A stretch of 64,000 nucleotides of DNA from Bifidobacteriaceae bacterium (GTDB taxonomy: Bacteria > Actinomycetota > Actinomycetes > Actinomycetales > WQXJ01). Made by a program: the position numbers and the translations under genes. Every line of letters starts with the position of its first letter. Position 1 is the stretch's first letter. Under the pieces are notes generated by a model. That model was given only the letters and a program-made list of their open reading frames with translations. It was not told the DNA's origin and searched no databases. Positions 59,608 to 64,000 of the stretch are shown one piece after another. Where the stretch lies: assembly GCA_031268215.1 (NCBI GenBank), contig JAIRXP010000033.1, positions 1,404 through 65,403 of the forward strand. Direction: 5' to 3'.

Positions 59608-60087
59608 TCAGCCGTTCTTGGCCAAGTACTTGTTGTTGACCACCTTGAAGACACTCCGACCGTCAAGTTCAGGCAGGCCAACGCCCTGTTCCTCATGCCA
59701 AACAATCCCCTCCGCCAAGACCGGCACCGCCCCCTGGCGGACCTGATCAGGCCATTCACGCAACGGCACGCCCCGCCGCACGGCGCCGTCCGCCTGAACC
59801 AGGTTGGCAGCGAAGACAAACGGGCGAACGTCCGGCAAGCGCAGATGGTTGGTCTGGATCCCAGGCCCCGCAATCTCGAATTGGAGGGCCTCACCCAGCT
59901 TCAGCGATTCGAACAAATCCATGTCGCGGCTCACCGTGCTCCAGCAGGTGTTGTCGCCCTGGCCGATTTCCCAGTTGCAGCTCATGACCCGCAGTTCCCC
60001 ATCCAAGTCGCGGAGCACCGTGGCAGAAGATCCGTCCACTTTCAGGGTCGCCACCCACCGGTGTTTGAGGATCGCCGGCCGCGGAGG
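59608..60087 (-). pseudogene. 5'-truncated RNA ligase family gene (nucleotidyltransferase domain only)
   Basis: The frame reads ...AILKHRWVATLKVDGSS (motif I KxDG), FEIAGPGIQ (motif III/IIIa), AEGIVWH (motif IV), FKVVNNKYL (motif V). An in-frame stop lies 11 codons upstream of the GTG, and no N-terminal domain is present. Confidence 0.55.
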
Positions 60088-60263
60088 CTACCGCGATCCA
60101 TCTGCGGCTCGCAGACGCCGACGTGTCGGGCCGTGCCACATATGACGCGCTTGTGGAGCTGGCGGCGAGCGCCAACGGCGCGACGCTGCTGACCAGGGAC
60201 GCTCGAGCGGCGGGAACCTATGAGGCCCTCGGGGTCGCATTCGACCTGATCCCAAGCGCCTGA
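60069..60263 (+). pseudogene. C-terminal remnant of a VapC (PIN-domain) toxin gene
   Basis: Hand translation gives GSPAAEATAIHLRLADADVSGRATYDALVELAASANGATLLTRDARAAGTYEALGVAFDLIPSA*. The YDAL..LA...GATLLTRD pattern is typical of VapC C-termini. There is no start codon and no antitoxin gene. Confidence 0.45.
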
Positions 60264-60403
60264 GTGGCGGGGCTCTCGATGGTGAGGGGCAGCGTGCCCG
60301 GCACGCGGCATCGAGTTCCCGCGGACATGGCGGGCTGTCAACATGAACCCCAGCGCGCCGGGCCCAAGACTCAAGGCCGAAGGCCAAGCCACTGGGCGTG
60401 AAG

Positions 60404-61342
60404 TCAGCCCGCGGCCAGCGTGCCCGGAGATTCGTCCAGAGCCGCTCCCGCCGCGGCGATGGTCACCAGAGCCATGCCAACCCCGGTCCACCAGTTCAGC
60501 GGCTGCCCAGCGATCCACCAGCCGAACAGCGCCGCCGAACCGGGAGCCAACGCCGTAGTCACACCGAAGGTGGCGGCGGACATACCGCGTAACGAAATCA
60601 TCTCCAGCCCGTACGGGATCAGGGTCCCAAGTGCGGCCACCAGCGCGCCCCAGCCAAGGACGCCGATGCCGTCCGGCCGGGCTACCAAGTCCGGCACGCC
60701 GCGCGGCAATGACGCCAGCGCCGCCACCGCCATACCAATCGCCAGGCCGTCCGCCCCGGCGAATACCCGCCCTACCAAGCGGGCGTTGACAATGTAGCCA
60801 GCCCAGGCCGTTCCAGCTACCAAGACGTAAACGGTGCCTTGAATGTTAATTCCGGCGAAGTCGAATCCTGACAGCATAAGGACTCCGCCCAGAGCCAGCA
60901 CCGCCCACATCCACGCCCGCCACCGGCGCACCAAGAGGACCGATAGCGCCAACGGGCCCAGCATTTCAATGGTCACCGCCGGGCCAACTGGCACCCGGTC
61001 TATCCCTTCGTAAAAGAAGGAATTCATGACCACCATTGAGAATCCATAAAGCGAGGCCGCACCCCAGGCCTGGGGCGTAAGCCCCCTCCACCGTGGCCGG
61101 ACCAGGGCCAGCAAAATCACCGCCGAGATCCCATTGCGGAGCAACACCATGCCCGCCGGGCCAACCAGTTCAAAGGCCTTGACGGCAAAGCCGGCACTGG
61201 CGTTGACCGATAGCTGAGCGACCACCGCCAGCGCCAAGGCCAGTCTCAGCGAGACTGGCCGGGCCGGGCCAACTGCGGGGCTTGGGCGCACGCCGCTAAG
61301 CCTATTCCGCTCCGGGGTCCGGCGCGGAGCGCCGCCGCTCAC
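60404..61342 (-). CDS. EamA/DMT superfamily transporter
   Basis: 312 aa, about 10 TM helices arranged as two EamA-like halves. GTG start 4 nt after the upstream stop. Confidence 0.8.
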   Translation of the reverse strand: MSGGAPRRTPERNRLSGVRPSPAVGPARPVSLRLALALAVVAQLSVNASAGFAVKAFELVGPAGMVLLRNGISAVILLALVRPRWRGLTPQAWGAASLYGFSMVVMNSFFYEGIDRVPVGPAVTIEMLGPLALSVLLVRRWRAWMWAVLALGGVLMLSGFDFAGINIQGTVYVLVAGTAWAGYIVNARLVGRVFAGADGLAIGMAVAALASLPRGVPDLVARPDGIGVLGWGALVAALGTLIPYGLEMISLRGMSAATFGVTTALAPGSAALFGWWIAGQPLNWWTGVGMALVTIAAAGAALDESPGTLAAG

Positions 61343-61345
61343 TAA

Positions 61346-63289
61346 CTACGGCAGAGCCACGCCCCGCCAGCGTTCACCCACGCCACGGACAGTGGCCCGG
61401 CGGACCTCCCCGCCGCCAGCCCCGCGAGCGCGGTCAAGCTGGATTTCCAAACGGTCCTGGGATAGCTGTTCCGCCATGCCCATACCCCATTCGACCACGG
61501 TGACGGCCTCCTCTAGCTCGGTATCCAGATCAAGGTCATCTAGCTGCGCCAGAGTCTCCAGCCGATAGGCGTCAACGTGCAGCAGACCGGGCCCCTGGCC
61601 TGGGAGCCTGTCAGACAACAGGCCCCCAGGCGCGCCAACAGTGTCTGCTTGCTGCGTTTCCGCTGGCGAGAGCCCTGCTCCCCCCGCGTCAACACAGGCG
61701 GAGGGTGTTGGACAACACCCTCCTGGGAGCCTGTCAGGCAACAGGCCCCCAGGCGCTCCAACAGTGTTTGTTTGCTGCGTTTCCGCTGGCGAGAGCCCTG
61801 CTCCCCCCGCGTCAACACAGGCGGAGGGTGTTGGACAACACCCTCCTAGCGAACCAAAGTTGGCCGCGTCCAGGCCAGCTCCAATCTGGCGGTCCTCCTT
61901 CAGGACCGCCAGAACAGCGTCCGGCTCACCGTCCCCACCACCAGCGCTTTCCAGACCGCATCCAGCCCTGAACGAGTTCACCACATCCACCAAGTCCTGG
62001 GTCGTGGTCGCCTCATCAGTAGATAGGTATACGGTGTCCGCGTCGTGGAGCCAAAGTTTCAGCCCCAACCCGTTGGCGGCTTCAACCACCGCCTCGGCGC
62101 GCCCAGGCACCCGCACAGCCAAGGTGTCAAACATTGGCCCCGGCCGCACCTCGACACTCGGCCCAGCCGCCGTCTTGTGGCCGATGCCGTCCAAGGCCTT
62201 TCGTAGCCCTTCCGCCGCCGCGTTTACCCCGGTCGCGATCCGCCGGAGTCCATCTGGCCCATGCCACACTCCGTACATAGCGGCCATCACCGCCAGCAGT
62301 ACTTGAGCGGTGCAAACATTCGAGGTCGCCTTGTCCCGCCTGATGTGCTGTTCACGGGTAACCAAGGCCAAGCGCAAGGCCGGATCGCCTTGGGCATCCC
62401 GGCTCAGCCCCACCAACCGGCCGGGCAATTGCCGGACCAGTTGTTGGCGCACCGCCATATAAGCGGCATGCGGGCCGCCGAATCCCATTGGCACACCGAA
62501 GCGCTGGGTTGAACCGACCGCCACATCCGCGCCCGCCGCCCCCGGCGATTGAACCAGCGCCAACATCAATGGGTCCGCACCCACCGCTAGCAGCGCCCCC
62601 GCGCCATGGGCCATCTCCGCCGCCGGGCCTAACCCGGCTAGCCGCCCGGAAGCCCCCTGGTACTGGATATACAATCCGGCCGCACCTTCCAGCGCGGAAG
62701 CGTCTGGCGCCTCCGGATCAAAGTCCACCAACTCAATCCCGAGCGGTTCGGCCCGGGTTTCCAAGACGGCCCGAACCTGCGGAAACACGTCCACGTCAAG
62801 CGCGAACCGGGACCGGCCCCCACGCGCGACCCGGTGGCACAGGAGCATCGCCTCCGCGGCCGCCGTGGCCTCATCCAGAAGTGACGCGTTCGCCACTGGC
62901 AGGCCGGTCAATTCAGAGATCATGGTCTGGAAGACGAACAGTGCCTCCAGACGGCCCTGCGAAATCTCTGGCTGATAGGGCGTATAGGCGGTGTACCAGG
63001 AGGGATTCTCCATGATTCCGCGGCGCAACACCGATGGCGTAATGGTCCGGTAATAGCCCAAGCCAATCATCGGCCGGCCAGGGGTGTTCAGCCCCGCCAG
63101 CTCCGCCAGTCGTTCAATCGCGGCAGCCTCACTGAGCGGCGGCGGCAGTTCTGGCGGGCCTGCCCTGAGCGGCGCGGGCAGCGCCTTTTCCATGATCCGC
63201 TGGCCTTCGCCGAGCCCAAGAACGCGGCGCACGTGAGCGGCGCTGTCTCCTGCCAACCCCAGGTGACGGCTGGTGAACCGCTCCCCCAC
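61346..63289 (-). CDS. Chimeric ORF: glycine dehydrogenase (GcvP) N-terminal half + two 41-aa repeats + TsaE C-terminal half (probable deletion/fusion product)
   Basis: The first ~450 aa carry GcvP N-domain motifs (ENPSWYTAYTPYQPEISQGRLEALFVFQTM, ANASLLDEATAAAEAM). aa 482-563 are the tandem repeat. aa 564-647 read LLHVDAYRL...AVTVVEWGMG..., which is the TsaE C-terminal half. The GcvP PLP-lysine half and the TsaE Walker A are both absent. Confidence 0.7.
   Translation of the reverse strand: MGERFTSRHLGLAGDSAAHVRRVLGLGEGQRIMEKALPAPLRAGPPELPPPLSEAAAIERLAELAGLNTPGRPMIGLGYYRTITPSVLRRGIMENPSWYTAYTPYQPEISQGRLEALFVFQTMISELTGLPVANASLLDEATAAAEAMLLCHRVARGGRSRFALDVDVFPQVRAVLETRAEPLGIELVDFDPEAPDASALEGAAGLYIQYQGASGRLAGLGPAAEMAHGAGALLAVGADPLMLALVQSPGAAGADVAVGSTQRFGVPMGFGGPHAAYMAVRQQLVRQLPGRLVGLSRDAQGDPALRLALVTREQHIRRDKATSNVCTAQVLLAVMAAMYGVWHGPDGLRRIATGVNAAAEGLRKALDGIGHKTAAGPSVEVRPGPMFDTLAVRVPGRAEAVVEAANGLGLKLWLHDADTVYLSTDEATTTQDLVDVVNSFRAGCGLESAGGGDGEPDAVLAVLKEDRQIGAGLDAANFGSLGGCCPTPSACVDAGGAGLSPAETQQTNTVGAPGGLLPDRLPGGCCPTPSACVDAGGAGLSPAETQQADTVGAPGGLLSDRLPGQGPGLLHVDAYRLETLAQLDDLDLDTELEEAVTVVEWGMGMAEQLSQDRLEIQLDRARGAGGGEVRRATVRGVGERWRGVALP
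61601..61846. repeat. Tandem duplication, 2 x 123 bp (4 mismatches), each unit ending in a perfect 11-bp-stem hairpin GGAGGGTGTTG-GA-CAACACCCTCC
   Basis: Units at 61601-61723 and 61724-61846 were aligned by hand. The hairpins lie at 61700-61723 and 61823-61846. Confidence 0.9.
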
Positions 63290-63675
63290 TACGCTTCGTC
63301 TTCCTTGGTCAAAGCCTCATAGGCAGCTGGGTCCAGAAGATCCCCTGGACCGGTCGGGGCAACCTCAAACAGCCAGCCGGTACCAAAGGGGTCCTCGTTG
63401 ACCAACTCGGGAGCATCAATCGCCACTTCGTTGACCGCGCTGACCTTGCCGGAGACCGGCGCGTACAGCGGCGAGACCGACTTGGTTGATTCGATTTCCC
63501 CGCATTCCTGGCCAGCCGTGACGGTATCTCCCACCACTGGCAAGCTCAAGAAGACCACGTCGCCAAGGGCGGCGGCGGCGAATTCGGTCACGCCAACGCG
63601 AGCGGTTGGTCCGGTGGCGTGGCGGACCCATTCGTGATCAGCCGTGAAGAGCAGATCGGCGGGGACAGTGGTCAT
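63289..63675 (-). CDS. gcvH: Glycine cleavage system H protein
   Basis: 128 aa: FTADHEWV, and the lipoyl-lysine motif EIESTKSVS. Confidence 0.9.
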   Translation of the reverse strand: MTTVPADLLFTADHEWVRHATGPTARVGVTEFAAAALGDVVFLSLPVVGDTVTAGQECGEIESTKSVSPLYAPVSGKVSAVNEVAIDAPELVNEDPFGTGWLFEVAPTGPGDLLDPAAYEALTKEDEA

Positions 63676-64000
63676 GATTTCTCCTTGGTATAGAAAGGCA
63701 ATTCAGTCACTTGGTACGGGGCTAGCTGGCCCCGGATGTCGATTTGGACAGGCGTCCCGCTGGCCGGAACTGGGCCCTCCACCAGGGCGAGGGCGATGGG
63801 ATGGCCCAAGGTGGGGGACAAAGCCCCGGATGTGACCTGGCCACGAACCTGACCGTTGATCAGTACCGGGTAGCCGGCCCGGGCCGCCCGCCGGCCTTCC
63901 CCCGTCAACCCGATCAGATGCTTAGTCACGGCGCGGCCAGCCAGCCCGCCCTTGCCCACATAGTCCGTTTCCTTGTTCCGTATGAAGGCTCCCTGACCGC
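63672..64000 (-). CDS. gcvT: Aminomethyltransferase (glycine cleavage T protein), C-terminal part; 5' end outside the window
   Basis: The frame is open to the window edge (...GQGAFIRNKETDYVGKGGLAGR...). It has the C-terminal GcvT barrel pattern GQVTSGALSPTLGHPIALALV and an ATGA-type overlap with gcvH. Confidence 0.85.
   Translation of the reverse strand, partial: GQGAFIRNKETDYVGKGGLAGRAVTKHLIGLTGEGRRAARAGYPVLINGQVRGQVTSGALSPTLGHPIALALVEGPVPASGTPVQIDIRGQLAPYQVTELPFYTKEKS

Overview
This is a high-GC Actinomycetota chromosomal segment, coding-dense and mostly on the minus strand. All calls rest on motif and architecture recognition in the supplied ORF translations plus reading the DNA by eye; no database search was possible.

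Core content:
- The complete F1Fo ATP synthase operon (atpI-like, atpBEFHAGDC, DUF2550), preceded by prmC, tsaC and wecA.
- The arginine cluster argCJBDF-argR-argG.
- lysX, nucS, a PduO-type adenosyltransferase, tag plus an exonuclease, guaB3, and an orphan groES with a perfect CIRCE operator.
- tsaB-rimI-tsaD, and gcvT-gcvH.

Variable content:
- A LacI-controlled sugar ABC-uptake locus (3.2-10.7 kb). It holds an unclassified ~724-aa glycosidase-like protein, a D-lyxose/mannose isomerase and two aldo/keto reductases.
- A cell-envelope glycan cluster (10.9-20.3 kb): GtrA/GtrB-like genes, ppm1, a GT-C enzyme, a WbpB/E/D-like diacetamido-sugar trio, and two GT-B enzymes.
- malEFG.

The most unusual region is 55.6-63.3 kb, where the conserved tsaE-tsaB-rimI-tsaD operon is broken up:
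- tsaD is bracketed by two inverted ~99-nt repeats whose hairpins differ by compensatory base changes.
- A 0.5-kb structured spacer separates rimI from tsaD.
- A 2.9-kb insertion carries a DinJ-like/zeta-like toxin-antitoxin pair, two truncated genes lying head to head (an RNA ligase and a VapC), and an EamA transporter.
- tsaE survives only as a C-terminal half. It is fused in frame, through a 2 x 123-bp tandem repeat, to the N-terminal half of gcvP.

No rRNA gene, tRNA gene, CRISPR array or transposase was recognised.
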